Positions 32,738-42,445 of a DNA stretch of 64,000 nucleotides are shown piece after piece; positions within the stretch are counted from its first letter, which is position 1, and each line of letters begins with the position of its first letter. Location of the stretch: the NCBI GenBank assembly GCA_046583395.1, contig JAYGCK010000084.1, positions 5,054 to 69,053 of the forward strand. Direction: 5' to 3'. The DNA comes from Deltaproteobacteria bacterium (GTDB lineage Bacteria > Desulfobacterota > Binatia > UBA1149 > CAYXZP01). Under the pieces are notes generated by a model that searched no databases, had not been told where the DNA came from, and was given only the letters and a program-made list of their open reading frames with translations. The translations under genes were made by a program, and so were the position numbers.

Positions 32738-33388
32738 ATGAGCGAGACCATACGGATTGCCATCGTCGATGACCACACCATGCTGCGTGAGGGTCTACGC
32801 AAGATTCTCAGCATGGAGGACGATCTCGAGGTCGTCGCCGATACCGAGGACGCGCGCAAGGCGGCCTTAATCGTTGCCCAGAACAAGCCCGACGTTCTGC
32901 TCCTCGACATACGCATGCCGGGCACCGGTGGTCTCGAGGTCATCGGGCCGGTCCACGAGGCCTGCCCCTCGACCAAGGTTCTGATGCTTACGGCGTCCGA
33001 CGACCGGCGCGACCACGTTGCCGCGCTCAGTCAGGGCGCACGTGGGATAATAATGAAGGACTCAGCGGCCGACACGCTGGTGACCGCTATTCGCGCGGTC
33101 TACGGCGGCGAGGCCTGGGTCGACCGTGAGATTACCGGCACGCTCCTCGAGGAGCTTGCCCACCGCGGCGGGGGGGGCGAACAGGGCGAGGCCGAACAGC
33201 AACGCCTGACGGCACGTGAGTCGGAAGTCGTCGACCTCGTGATATCGGGGTGTCGCAATCGCGAAATTTCCGAACGCCTTTCGATCAGTGAGAAGACGGT
33301 CAAGGCGCACCTGAGCAACATATTTGCCAAGCTCGGGGTCCGTGACCGGCTGGAGCTGGCAATCTACGCACTCAACCGGCGCACCTGA
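32738..33388 (+). CDS. NarL/LuxR-family response regulator
   Basis: REC domain with D at LLLDIRMPG and a LuxR HTH (ISERLSISEKTVKAHLSNIFAKLGV). Confidence 0.9.
   Translation: MSETIRIAIVDDHTMLREGLRKILSMEDDLEVVADTEDARKAALIVAQNKPDVLLLDIRMPGTGGLEVIGPVHEACPSTKVLMLTASDDRRDHVAALSQGARGIIMKDSAADTLVTAIRAVYGGEAWVDREITGTLLEELAHRGGGGEQGEAEQQRLTARESEVVDLVISGCRNREISERLSISEKTVKAHLSNIFAKLGVRDRLELAIYALNRRT
33170..33177 (+). repeat. G8 homopolymer inside the response-regulator linker (encoding HRGGGGEQ)
   Basis: Read directly from the sequence. A second G7 run lies at about 32696-32702 near the 3' end of the kinase gene. Confidence 0.5.
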
Positions 33389-33396
33389 GGCCGGAC

Positions 33397-34407
33397 ATGT
33401 CGCTCGAGTTCCAGACCGACGCCAACGCGGTGCGCCTGTTCGAGCATTATCAGGCGCTAGCTGAACCGGGCCGGTACGACGAGGCGGAATGCCTCGACAT
33501 CAGCCGCTTGATTGAAGAGATAACCGCTCTCAAACACGATAAGTCCGCCGTCGTACTGGCGCACAACTATCAGCGCCCCGAGATATTCGAGGTTGCCGAT
33601 TTTGTTGGCGATTCCCTCGAGCTGGCCAAGCGTGGCCGCGGCTACCAGCAGGGCACCATAGTGCTGGCCGGCGTCCACTTCATGGCCGAGACCGCCAAGA
33701 TACTATCGCCGGATAAGACGGTCCTCATCCCCGACGCGCGCGCCGGATGCTCATTGGCGGCCAGTGTGGATGCCGAGGACCTCGTGGCCAGGCGAGACGA
33801 GCTCCGCCGGGTCTATCCGGACCTGGCCGTAGTGTCCTATGTGAACACTAGCGCTGCGGTCAAAGCCGTGAGCGACGTGTGTTGCACCTCGTCCAACGCG
33901 GTGGATATCGTGGAAAGAATCGACGCCGGCAACATCCTCTTTGTGCCCGATGAGAACCTTGCCGCCCATGTCGCCGGCAAGACATCCAAGAACATCATCG
34001 CGTGGAACGGGAACTGCTACGTGCACCACCAGATAACCCCCGATGCGATCAGGGAGGTTCGCGATGCCCGCCCCGGTATCGTGGTGGTCGCCCATCCCGA
34101 ATGCCGCCAGGACGTGCTGGACGAGGCCGACGAGGTGCTGAGCACTAGCGGGATGATTCGCTATGCCAAGCAGAGCGACCGGCCGGAGTTCCTCGTGGTT
34201 ACCGAGTGCGGGCTTTCCGACCGGTTGCTGTTGGAGGTTCCCGACAAGCGTTTTTTCAAATCGTGCCAGCTTTGTCGCTACATGAAGATGATTACGCTCG
34301 AGGGTGTTCGCGATGCGCTTGTCGAAGGGCGGGACGAGGTGCGGGTCGCTCCGGAGATCGCAAGCCGGGCAGTTCGTTCGCTCGAGAGAATGTTCGAGCT
34401 GAGCTGA
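33397..34407 (+). CDS. nadA: quinolinate synthase
   Basis: 336 aa. Contains the NadA motifs VLAHNYQ and three Cys for the 4Fe-4S cluster. Confidence 0.9.
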   Translation: MSLEFQTDANAVRLFEHYQALAEPGRYDEAECLDISRLIEEITALKHDKSAVVLAHNYQRPEIFEVADFVGDSLELAKRGRGYQQGTIVLAGVHFMAETAKILSPDKTVLIPDARAGCSLAASVDAEDLVARRDELRRVYPDLAVVSYVNTSAAVKAVSDVCCTSSNAVDIVERIDAGNILFVPDENLAAHVAGKTSKNIIAWNGNCYVHHQITPDAIREVRDARPGIVVVAHPECRQDVLDEADEVLSTSGMIRYAKQSDRPEFLVVTECGLSDRLLLEVPDKRFFKSCQLCRYMKMITLEGVRDALVEGRDEVRVAPEIASRAVRSLERMFELS

Positions 34408-34432
34408 AGCGGCACGGGACCGGACTCGACAG

Positions 34433-36736
34433 ATGATGGGAGGCTTGTTGCTCGCGGCGCTCGTGCCGTTACCCGTTGCGGCCCTGTTGGGCATGTTCGC
34501 GCCGGCGCGTTGGCGTTGGTCCTGGGCTGTGTCGGCCGCTACGGCCGGTCTCTCCTTGTCCCTAGTGCTGGTGTCACTGCTCGGCCCCGTCTCGGCCGGC
34601 ACTGGGAGCCTGGCTAACTGGGTTCCTTCCCTCGGCCTGGAGCTTTCTTATTTTTCCGACGGCCTCTCTCTCGTCTTTGCCCTTCTAATAAGCGGCATGG
34701 GTCTTCTGATTTCGGCCTACGCTGGTGCTTATCTCGGCGAAGAAGAGGCCGGGACACGTTTTTTTACCTACCTGCTGTTTTTCATGGGTTCGATGTTGGG
34801 CGTGGTTGCCTCCGCCAACTTGATCGTTCTGTTCGTTTTTTGGGAGATGACCAGCGTCTCTTCTTTCCTGCTCATCGGGTTTTGGCACAAGCACGAGCGT
34901 TCCCGCCAGGGCGCCCTCAAGGCGCTGCTGGTCACGGCAGGCGGCGGTCTGGCAATGCTGGTCGGTTTTGTGCTGGTCGGTGTGGCCTGTTCGAGCTTCG
35001 AGATTGCTGAGGTCATAGCGAACCGGCAGGCCCTGATGTCGAGCCCCTGGGCGCCTGTGGCCACGGTCTTGGTGATGGCGGGGATAGTTACGAAGTCGGC
35101 CCAGCTGCCCTTCCATCTGTGGCTGCCCAGCGCGATGGAGGCCCCTACCCCGGTCAGTGCCTACCTGCACGCTGCGACCATGGTCAAGGCGGGTCTCTAT
35201 CTGACCGCGCGTTTGGGACCGCTGTTTGCGACCTCGGCACTATGGACCTCGGGCTTGGCCACGGTCGGGATGGTGACGATGGTCTGGGCGGGGATGCTGG
35301 CGCTTCGCCAACGCGACCTCAAGGCGCTGCTGGCCTTTTCCACGGTCAGCCAGCTCGGCCTCATTCTCTTCTTGCTGGCACCAGCCGATGCCGAGGCTAC
35401 CGTCGCCGGTCTGTTCCACATGCTCAACCACGCGGCGTTCAAGGGCGCGCTGTTCCTTCTGGTGGGTATCATCGAACACCAGGCACACACCCGCGATGTC
35501 GTACGTCTGCCCGGATTGTTCAGGCGGATGCCGGTTACCTTTGTGTTGGTCTGCTTTGGCGCTTGCTCGATGGCCGGTGTTCCGCCCTTGGGCGGATTTC
35601 TTTCCAAGGAGATGTTCCTGGCCCAGGCCTTGCGTTTCGGTCCCCTCGCCGCCACCGCTGCGCTGGCAGGGGCGAGCCTGACGGCCGGCTACTGTTTCGT
35701 CTTCGTTCGCGCTCTTTGGAGCGATGGCCCCGATGCCGGCGATACGAGCGCTCCCAGCGAGGCATCCATCGCGCTTTTATGGGTGCCGGCATTCCTCATC
35801 GGACTCGCGGTGGCGCTTGGCCCGCTGGCCGGCCCGTTGACCTCCGGACTCATAGCGCGCAGCCTGGCCGGCCTGGGCCAGGAAGCCGGCCCTGTCGAGC
35901 TGTCGCTATTGCTCGCGCTAGGCCACCTCTCGTTGCCGTTGGTGATGAGCGCTTTGGCTCTGGCCGGTGGTCTCGGAGTAGTTGCCTGGTGGTTGCGCCG
36001 TTACCCCCTCGAGGTTCCCCAGTTGCTCGCCGACCGTGTCTACACGGCCGCAAGTGAGGCGCTCGAGAACTGGTCCGGACAGGCCACGCGCGCGTATATG
36101 AGTGGTCTGCTCTGGCGTTATTTGGGGCTCATCCTGGCTGTTCCGGTATTGGCGCTTGCGGCCCTGTTCGTGTCGATGGGTGGGACCGGCGTTCCGGTAC
36201 GGTCTGGCGCGGCCGCGCCCAGTGTTGCTACGGCTGCGGCCGCGCTGACAGCGCTTGTAGCCATCGTGGCGGCTTGCCGTGCCCAGACCCGGCTTCGGGC
36301 AATCATCGCATTGGGGGCAAGCGGGTACGCGCTTGCGCTGCTGTTCGGACTGCTCGGCGCTCCCGACCTCGCGCTCACGCAGGTCCTGGTCGAGACCGTG
36401 TCCGTGGCTCTGTTCTTGGCGGCCTTTGTGTTCCTTCCTCCCTACCAGGGGCCTGCCAAGCGTTCGTTCCGTCCCGTGCATTTCCTCCTCTCGCTGGCCT
36501 TCGGTCTCGGAGCCGCGTCGCTGGTGTATTTTGCGAGGGCGGCACGCAGCGGGTCTACGATCGCTGATTTCTTCGTTCGAAACAGTCTTCCCGAGGCCGG
36601 CGGCCGTAATGTCGTCAACGTCATTCTCGTCGACTTTCGAGGACTCGATACCCTCGGCGAGATTAGCGTGCTCGGGATTGCCGCGTTGGCTTGTTATGCG
36701 CTCATCCGGACAACAGCGGGGGCCGGCCCAAGGTGA
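34433..36736 (+). CDS. mrpA: Na+/H+ antiporter subunit A (MrpA/MnhA)
   Basis: 767 aa, NuoL-like, polytopic membrane protein. Confidence 0.85.
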   Translation: MMGGLLLAALVPLPVAALLGMFAPARWRWSWAVSAATAGLSLSLVLVSLLGPVSAGTGSLANWVPSLGLELSYFSDGLSLVFALLISGMGLLISAYAGAYLGEEEAGTRFFTYLLFFMGSMLGVVASANLIVLFVFWEMTSVSSFLLIGFWHKHERSRQGALKALLVTAGGGLAMLVGFVLVGVACSSFEIAEVIANRQALMSSPWAPVATVLVMAGIVTKSAQLPFHLWLPSAMEAPTPVSAYLHAATMVKAGLYLTARLGPLFATSALWTSGLATVGMVTMVWAGMLALRQRDLKALLAFSTVSQLGLILFLLAPADAEATVAGLFHMLNHAAFKGALFLLVGIIEHQAHTRDVVRLPGLFRRMPVTFVLVCFGACSMAGVPPLGGFLSKEMFLAQALRFGPLAATAALAGASLTAGYCFVFVRALWSDGPDAGDTSAPSEASIALLWVPAFLIGLAVALGPLAGPLTSGLIARSLAGLGQEAGPVELSLLLALGHLSLPLVMSALALAGGLGVVAWWLRRYPLEVPQLLADRVYTAASEALENWSGQATRAYMSGLLWRYLGLILAVPVLALAALFVSMGGTGVPVRSGAAAPSVATAAAALTALVAIVAACRAQTRLRAIIALGASGYALALLFGLLGAPDLALTQVLVETVSVALFLAAFVFLPPYQGPAKRSFRPVHFLLSLAFGLGAASLVYFARAARSGSTIADFFVRNSLPEAGGRNVVNVILVDFRGLDTLGEISVLGIAALACYALIRTTAGAGPR

Positions 36737-37143
36737 ACAGCTCGCCGATACTGACGGTCACTTCGCGAGCGGCGGCGCCCCTGATGATCGTATTTGCGGT
36801 CGTCCTCTACCTGAAGGGGCACAATGCGGCCGGCGGCGGCTTCATTGCCGGCCTGCTGACGGCCGTGGCCGTACTGCTGGGCTGGTTGGGCGGCCGTCCT
36901 CGCGCGGGGGTCGCGGTCTGGCCGCTTTTCCTTATCGCCGCAGGACTGGGACTTTCCTTGCTGGTGGCGCTCGGTGGCGCAGTCGCCGGCCACGCGGCGT
37001 TCACGCATGCCATCTGGCACCTCGAGGTCCCCGTGCTCGGGACGCTCGCGCTGCCGAGCGCCGCGCTGTTCGATCTCGGCATATATCTGCTCGTGGTCGG
37101 GAACGTCGCCACCGTGCTCGGTTCGATGTCGGAGGCGGGTTGA
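36733..37143 (+). CDS. mrpB: Na+/H+ antiporter subunit B (MrpB/MnhB)
   Basis: The GTG start overlaps the mrpA stop (GTGA). Carries the motif LYLKGHNAAGGGFIAGLL. Confidence 0.75.
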   Translation: MNSSPILTVTSRAAAPLMIVFAVVLYLKGHNAAGGGFIAGLLTAVAVLLGWLGGRPRAGVAVWPLFLIAAGLGLSLLVALGGAVAGHAAFTHAIWHLEVPVLGTLALPSAALFDLGIYLLVVGNVATVLGSMSEAG

Positions 37144-37493
37144 TGGACCTGCTTGGATTGTCGGTGGCTGCGGCCTTCCTCTCGGGTGGAGCCTACTTGC
37201 TCCTCGATCGGACCTTGCTGCGCGTTGTGATCGGACTGGCGCTGCTATCCAACGGTACCAACCTTCTGCTGATGAGCAGTTCGGGCTTGCGCGCCTTGCG
37301 TGCTCCGATTCTCGGCGACGGGCCGGTCGACCCGGCGGTCTTCGCCGACCCCTTGCCGCAGGCTCTCGTGCTCACGGCCATTGTGATCGGGTTCGGAGTT
37401 ACCGCCTTGCTGGTGGTGTTGGCCTATCGCACCTATCAGGCCACCGGCAGCGATGACCTCGGGCGTCTCCACGGGGTATTGCCCGATGAGTGA
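37143..37493 (+). CDS. mrpC: Na+/H+ antiporter subunit C (MrpC/MnhC)
   Basis: 116 aa, NuoK-like. Its ATG overlaps the mrpB stop. It is the C-terminal part of a 404-aa track ORF whose upstream portion is a frame artefact. Confidence 0.8.
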   Translation: MDLLGLSVAAAFLSGGAYLLLDRTLLRVVIGLALLSNGTNLLLMSSSGLRALRAPILGDGPVDPAVFADPLPQALVLTAIVIGFGVTALLVVLAYRTYQATGSDDLGRLHGVLPDE

Positions 37494-38994
37494 CGCCGGA
37501 CACTTGGCCTTGGCCAACATGACCGTCCTCCCGGTCGCACTGCCGATGGCCGCCGCGGTCGTGCTCGTGCTCACCCGCCGGCAAAGGGTTGTTTCACGCG
37601 TCATCTCCATGACGGCCAACCTGGCGGGCCTTGTGGCCGCCTTCGCCCTAGTCCGGGTTGTCGCCGAAGAAGGCATACAGGTGCTTGCCTTCGGTGGTTG
37701 GAAGGCCCCCTTCGGCATCGTGTTCGCCGTTGACATGTTGGGTGCCCTCATGGTCGCCGTCACCATGGTGGTGTCGACCGCCACTCTGTTGTTTGCGTGT
37801 TTCTCGATGGACAAACAACGCGAGACACACTTCTTCTACCCGCTGTTTCAGTTTCTGCTGATGGGCACCAACGGCGCGTTCCTGACCGGTGACCTGTTCA
37901 ATCTCTTTGTGTGGTTTGAGGTGTTGCTGTTGGCCTCGTACGGGCTCATGGCACTTGGCGGCAGGCCTTATCAGTTGCAGGAGACGTTCAAGTACCTAGT
38001 GATCAACGCGTTGGCATCGGCGCTTTTCTTGGTCGGGATTGCGGTCGTCTACGCGCTATGCGGAACCCTCAATATGGCCGACTTGCACCTGCGTCTGGCC
38101 GATGTCGGTTCCCCGGCCCTGCGCGGGGCCGTCGCCTTGCTGTTCATGGTGGTGTTCGGCGTCAAGGCCGGTGTGTTCCCACTGTACATGTGGCTTCCGC
38201 GCTCCTACTTCGCCCCCCCGGCAGTCGTCAGTGCGCTCTTCGGCGGACTGCTGACCAAGGTGGGTGTCTATGCCCTGTTCCGGATGGTCACGCTGGTCTT
38301 TGCCGAAGTGGCGCCCTTTACCTTGCCCGTGTTGGTCGTCGTGGCGGCGACGACAATGTTCTTCGGCGTCATCGGCGCGTTGTCACAATGGGACTTCAAG
38401 CGGATTCTGTCCTATCACATCATCAGCCAGGTCGGTTACATGATTATGGGGCTGGCCATTTTTACGCCCCTGGCCCTGGCCGGAGGCATCTTCTACATCG
38501 TCCATCACATCATGGTTAAGACGGCCCTGTTCCTGGTCGCGGGTGTCGTAGAGCGCAAACGCGGGACGACCTTCCTGCCCTCGCTGGGCGGGGTGCTCGA
38601 GACGGCGCCCGTTCTTACCGCTCTCTTTGTCGTGGCCGGGCTGTCGCTGGCAGGGGTCCCTCCATTGAGCGGCTTTGTCGCCAAACTGATGCTGGTAAAG
38701 GGCGGCCTCGAAGCGGGCGCCTACGGCGTCGTGTCGGTCAGCGTGGTAGTAAGCTTCCTCACGTTGTTCTCCATGATGAAGGTCTACCGCTATGTATTCT
38801 GGGGTGTCCCCCGCGGGCTCGATGCCCATGACGGCGGCGAGGGCGCACGCGTCGCTTCGGTGCTCCTCCTGGTCGGTCTCGGGGTCATCCTCGGATTGGG
38901 CGCCGGTTGGGCGATGCCGTATGCCGAGTTGGCCGCCCACCAGTTACTGGACACCGAGGCTTATGTCGCTGCCGTTCTGGGGGGCCGCTTGTGA
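37486..38994 (+). CDS. mrpD: Na+/H+ antiporter subunit D (MrpD/MnhD)
   Basis: NuoM/N-like. Start taken at the Met-12 ATG, which overlaps the mrpC stop (ATGAGTGA). Confidence 0.85.
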   Translation: MSDAGHLALANMTVLPVALPMAAAVVLVLTRRQRVVSRVISMTANLAGLVAAFALVRVVAEEGIQVLAFGGWKAPFGIVFAVDMLGALMVAVTMVVSTATLLFACFSMDKQRETHFFYPLFQFLLMGTNGAFLTGDLFNLFVWFEVLLLASYGLMALGGRPYQLQETFKYLVINALASALFLVGIAVVYALCGTLNMADLHLRLADVGSPALRGAVALLFMVVFGVKAGVFPLYMWLPRSYFAPPAVVSALFGGLLTKVGVYALFRMVTLVFAEVAPFTLPVLVVVAATTMFFGVIGALSQWDFKRILSYHIISQVGYMIMGLAIFTPLALAGGIFYIVHHIMVKTALFLVAGVVERKRGTTFLPSLGGVLETAPVLTALFVVAGLSLAGVPPLSGFVAKLMLVKGGLEAGAYGVVSVSVVVSFLTLFSMMKVYRYVFWGVPRGLDAHDGGEGARVASVLLLVGLGVILGLGAGWAMPYAELAAHQLLDTEAYVAAVLGGRL

Positions 38995-39323
38995 GACCGG
39001 CCAAGCTGCTCGTGGCCGCCAGGCTCCTTCTTTCCTTTCTGCTCGCCCTGGTTCGCGCCAACATCGCTGTGGTCCGGGTTGTGCTCAGTCCCCGGCTGCG
39101 ACTGGCCCCCGGCATCCTGCGTCTTCCGGTCGAGCTTGAGAGCGACCTTGCCATCACCGCCCTGGCCAACATGATAACCCTTACTCCCGGGACACTGACC
39201 GTGGCCGTCTCAGATGACCGCAGCTGCTTGTATGTACATTCGCTCGGCGCCGAAGGACCCGAGAAGGTCAGTGCGGATATAGACCGCCACATGGTCCGGC
39301 ACCTGGCCGGGCTCGAACGATGA
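38991..39323 (+). CDS. mrpE: Na+/H+ antiporter subunit E (MrpE/MnhE)
   Basis: GTG start overlapping the mrpD stop. Carries the MnhE motif ITLTPGTLTV. Confidence 0.7.
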   Translation: MRPAKLLVAARLLLSFLLALVRANIAVVRVVLSPRLRLAPGILRLPVELESDLAITALANMITLTPGTLTVAVSDDRSCLYVHSLGAEGPEKVSADIDRHMVRHLAGLER

Positions 39324-39589
39324 TTGCCGCCGCGGCCAACGCATGTTCGGTCTTGGTGGCCTTGGCGATGGGTGCGGCTCTGTACCGCATCGTAAGGGGG
39401 CCATCGCTGCCCGACCGCGTGCTGGCCGCCGACCTATTGGCGAGCTGCATAATAGCGATTCTACTTGTCAGCGGCATGACCGATATGGCCCGCGACCGGC
39501 TCGACGCCGCAATGGTGATAGGGCTGGTCTCGTTCTTCTCGACGGTGCTGTTCGCCCGGTATCTGCTGGGAGGACGTCCCATTGATTGA
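39320..39589 (+). CDS. mrpF: Na+/H+ antiporter subunit F (MrpF/MnhF)
   Basis: 89 aa with about 3 TM helices. Its ATG overlaps the mrpE stop. Confidence 0.8.
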   Translation: MIAAAANACSVLVALAMGAALYRIVRGPSLPDRVLAADLLASCIIAILLVSGMTDMARDRLDAAMVIGLVSFFSTVLFARYLLGGRPID

Positions 39590-39935
39590 GCTGGTGGCCG
39601 TAGCGGCGATGGGTAGCGGGGCCGGCTTGGTGGCAATAGCGGGGCTGGGGCTTTTGCGTCTCCCGGACCTCTACACACGGATGCACGCGGTGACCAAAGC
39701 CACGACCCTGGGCCTGGCCCTCCTGCTCTTGGCCTCGGCGCTCGAGGCATGGCGGGGCGGAGTGTTCCCAATGGCCGAACTGCTGGTCGTCGTGTTCGTG
39801 TTCCTAACCAACCCGGTCGGCGCCCACCTGCTTGCACGTGCGGCATACCTTTCCGGGCTGCCAATGTCCGCGGGCAGCTTCGACGAGATGGGCCTTGCGG
39901 GCAGGGCCGCCAGCGCCACGCACGACCGCGACTGA
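39582..39935 (+). CDS. mrpG: Na+/H+ antiporter subunit G (MrpG/MnhG)
   Basis: 117 aa; MnhG motif FLTNPVGAHLLARAAY. Confidence 0.8.
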   Translation: MIELVAVAAMGSGAGLVAIAGLGLLRLPDLYTRMHAVTKATTLGLALLLLASALEAWRGGVFPMAELLVVVFVFLTNPVGAHLLARAAYLSGLPMSAGSFDEMGLAGRAASATHDRD

Positions 39936-39998
39936 CAAGCCCGTAAAACACCCCCGACATAGACCTCCCGCCAAGCGGCGTGGTACCCTGCTGATGCC

Positions 39999-40748
39999 GT
40001 GCACAGCCGCATTTGGATAACCGCGCTCGGAGACTTCTTCTTGTTGCTCGCACGCGCGGCGGCTGCGGCCTTCCTGTCGCCGCCACGGCGCTCTGCCGTG
40101 CTCGCTCAGCTACACGAGGTCGGCGTTCGGTCCCTGTCGATAGTTAACCTGACCGCCGTGTTCACCGGCATGGTCATGGCCTTACAGCTTGGCTACTTCC
40201 TGGCCCAGTTCGGCGCCAAGATATTCGTCGGTCGTATCGTCGGGTTGGCCATCATTACCGAGCTTGGTCCGGTATTGACCGCGCTGATGGTTGGCGGACG
40301 GGTTGGTGCCGGCATGGCTGCCGAGCTCGGCACCATGAAGGTCACCGAGCAGGTCGATGCTTTGCGTGCGCTCGGGGTCGACCCCATCGGCCACCTTGTA
40401 GTTCCGCGCTTGCTGGCGGTTATGGTCATGCTGCCGTTGCTGACCGCCCTTGCCGACCTGATTGGAGTTCTGGGCGCCGCCGTTATCGCCTATGTCGAAT
40501 TGGGCGTGCAGCCGGCCTTCTACTTTCGCAGCCTCCTGCAATATCTGACCATGGGCGACCTTTTGCGTAGCCTTACCAAGGCGTTTTTCTTTGCAATAAT
40601 CATCGGCGGCATTGCCTGCCGCAACGGGCTGGCCGCCTCCGGTGGCGCGGACGGGGTCGGACGAGCGACCACGCGCACGGTCGTCATGGCGTCTATTACC
40701 GTGCTCGTAAGTGATTTCTTTCTGACCAAGTTGATGTTGGCCCTATGA
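39999..40748 (+). CDS. mlaE: phospholipid ABC transporter permease MlaE
   Basis: 249 aa, MlaE/YrbE/Ttg2B family (ITELGPVLTALMVGGRVGAGMAAELGTMKVTEQVDAL). Confidence 0.85.
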   Translation: MHSRIWITALGDFFLLLARAAAAAFLSPPRRSAVLAQLHEVGVRSLSIVNLTAVFTGMVMALQLGYFLAQFGAKIFVGRIVGLAIITELGPVLTALMVGGRVGAGMAAELGTMKVTEQVDALRALGVDPIGHLVVPRLLAVMVMLPLLTALADLIGVLGAAVIAYVELGVQPAFYFRSLLQYLTMGDLLRSLTKAFFFAIIIGGIACRNGLAASGGADGVGRATTRTVVMASITVLVSDFFLTKLMLAL

Positions 40749-41491
40749 ACGAACCCCTCCTGGCCTGTTACGGACTCGAGCGCTCGTTTGCCGGTGGCAA
40801 GGTGCTCGATGGGGTCGACCTCGAGTTACGCAAGGCCGAGACCACAGTGGTCCTCGGTCGTTCGGGCAGCGGCAAGAGCGTGCTCCTCAAGCACCTCAAC
40901 GGACTGTTCCGTCCCGAGGCCGGTCGTGTGGTCTTCGATGGCGCCGAGATAGGCAGTCTTCACGAGCGCGAATTGGTTCCTATGCGGCGGCGCGTGGGCA
41001 TGCTTTTCCAGGGCGGCGCCCTGTTCGACTCTCTCGATGTCGGCGGCAATGTCGCCTTTCCCCTCGAGCATCACCAGATTGAGTACGACAATTCGCGCAT
41101 CGAACACCTGTTGGAACTGGTCGATCTGGCCGGCACCGAACGCCGCATGCCCTCCGAACTGAGCGGGGGAATGCGTAAGCGCGCCGCGCTTGCTCGCGCG
41201 CTCGCCCTCGATCCCGAAGTAATGCTCTACGACGAGCCGACTACGGGGTTGGACCCGGTGACCGCCCAGCAGATAAACCGGCTGATTCGCTCCTTGCAGT
41301 CCCGCTTGGGGTTGACCTCGGTGGTGGTCACCCACGACCTTGCCAGCACCGACTTTGTCGCGGACCGGATCGCCTTTCTGTATAATGGCTCAATCCGCGC
41401 TGCGGGGTTGGCGGAGGAGATGCGGCGGAGCGTGGACCCGGTCATACGAGAGTTCATGTCAGGAGGTGCCGACTCCGCCCCAGATGGGTGA
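40745..41491 (+). CDS. mlaF: phospholipid ABC transporter ATP-binding protein MlaF
   Basis: Walker A GRSGSGKS, signature LSGGMRKR and Walker B MLYDEPT. Confidence 0.9.
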   Translation: MNEPLLACYGLERSFAGGKVLDGVDLELRKAETTVVLGRSGSGKSVLLKHLNGLFRPEAGRVVFDGAEIGSLHERELVPMRRRVGMLFQGGALFDSLDVGGNVAFPLEHHQIEYDNSRIEHLLELVDLAGTERRMPSELSGGMRKRAALARALALDPEVMLYDEPTTGLDPVTAQQINRLIRSLQSRLGLTSVVVTHDLASTDFVADRIAFLYNGSIRAAGLAEEMRRSVDPVIREFMSGGADSAPDG

Positions 41492-42381
41492 GTAGAGGCG
41501 ACCAAAGGACCTTCTCAGTCGGCCTTGTGGCCGTAGTTGCGCTGGTGGTCATAGCCGGCGGCGTTTTCTTGGTCGGCAACGAGCAGAGTTTTTGGGGCGG
41601 GCGTACGCCCTACCGGCTCCACTTCTCTCGTACCAACGGACTTCTCGAAGGCGCGCCGGTCGCCCTAAACGGGGTCTCGGTCGGTTCCGTCGTGCGAATG
41701 CGGTTCTCCGCCGATCCGGTCGATGATTACGTCGATGTCAAGATTGCCGTATCGAGCAGTGTGTCGCCTAGGGTCAGGCGGGACACAGTGGGCAAGATAC
41801 AGACACTGGGCCTGCTCGGCGACAAGTACATCGAGCTTAACGCCGGTTCTTTGGCCGAGGAGCCCGTCGAGCCCGGCGGGCTGATACGTTCGCTCGACCC
41901 GGTCGATTACGAGGGGTTGGTCTCGCGCAGCGGCGATATCGTCACCAATGCGATCGAGGTCACCGGGCTGCTACGCCAGGTCCTGACCGACATAAACAAC
42001 GGTGAGGGTCTGGTTGGCCGTTTGGTCAGCGACCAGGAATTCGGCCAGCAGTTTGCCGGGAACGTCGGCCGGGCGGTGGCCAACCTGGATTCTTCGGCCG
42101 CGCGCCTGGACTCGCTGCTGGCCCGCGTCGAGGACGGCGATGGCGCGCTCGGCCGTACGCTGGCCAACCTCGACAGTGCGGCTACGAATGTCGCCGAGGT
42201 GACCCAGCAGGTTCGGTCCGGCGAGGGTTCGCTGGGACGGCTGGTCTACGATGACTCGCTCTATGAGAACGCCGATCGCTTGGTGGGTGGAGGCAGCGGA
42301 GGATTTTGGAGGTTACTGGGACGCGGGGTGGCGTTCTTTTGGCCCTTCGGAGGGGGCGGCCAGCCGCTTCCGCAGCCGTAA
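41488..42381 (+). CDS. mlaD: MCE-domain protein MlaD
   Basis: N-terminal TM helix, then an MCE domain (LHFSRTNGLLEGAPVALNGVSVGSV), with a long C-terminal extension. Confidence 0.8.
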   Translation: MSRGDQRTFSVGLVAVVALVVIAGGVFLVGNEQSFWGGRTPYRLHFSRTNGLLEGAPVALNGVSVGSVVRMRFSADPVDDYVDVKIAVSSSVSPRVRRDTVGKIQTLGLLGDKYIELNAGSLAEEPVEPGGLIRSLDPVDYEGLVSRSGDIVTNAIEVTGLLRQVLTDINNGEGLVGRLVSDQEFGQQFAGNVGRAVANLDSSAARLDSLLARVEDGDGALGRTLANLDSAATNVAEVTQQVRSGEGSLGRLVYDDSLYENADRLVGGGSGGFWRLLGRGVAFFWPFGGGGQPLPQP

Positions 42382-42445
42382 TAGCAGCGGCGAACCGGCA
42401 GTATTGTTGAACCCTCCCGGGGCGTTTAGAGTCTAACTGGAGGAG

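Noticed and set aside
36279-37142. Upstream 288 codons of a 404-aa plus-strand ORF spanning the mrpA 3' end and mrpB.
   Set aside because: This stretch is out of frame with the conserved MrpA and MrpB reading frames. Only the last 116 aa (37143-37493) correspond to MrpC.
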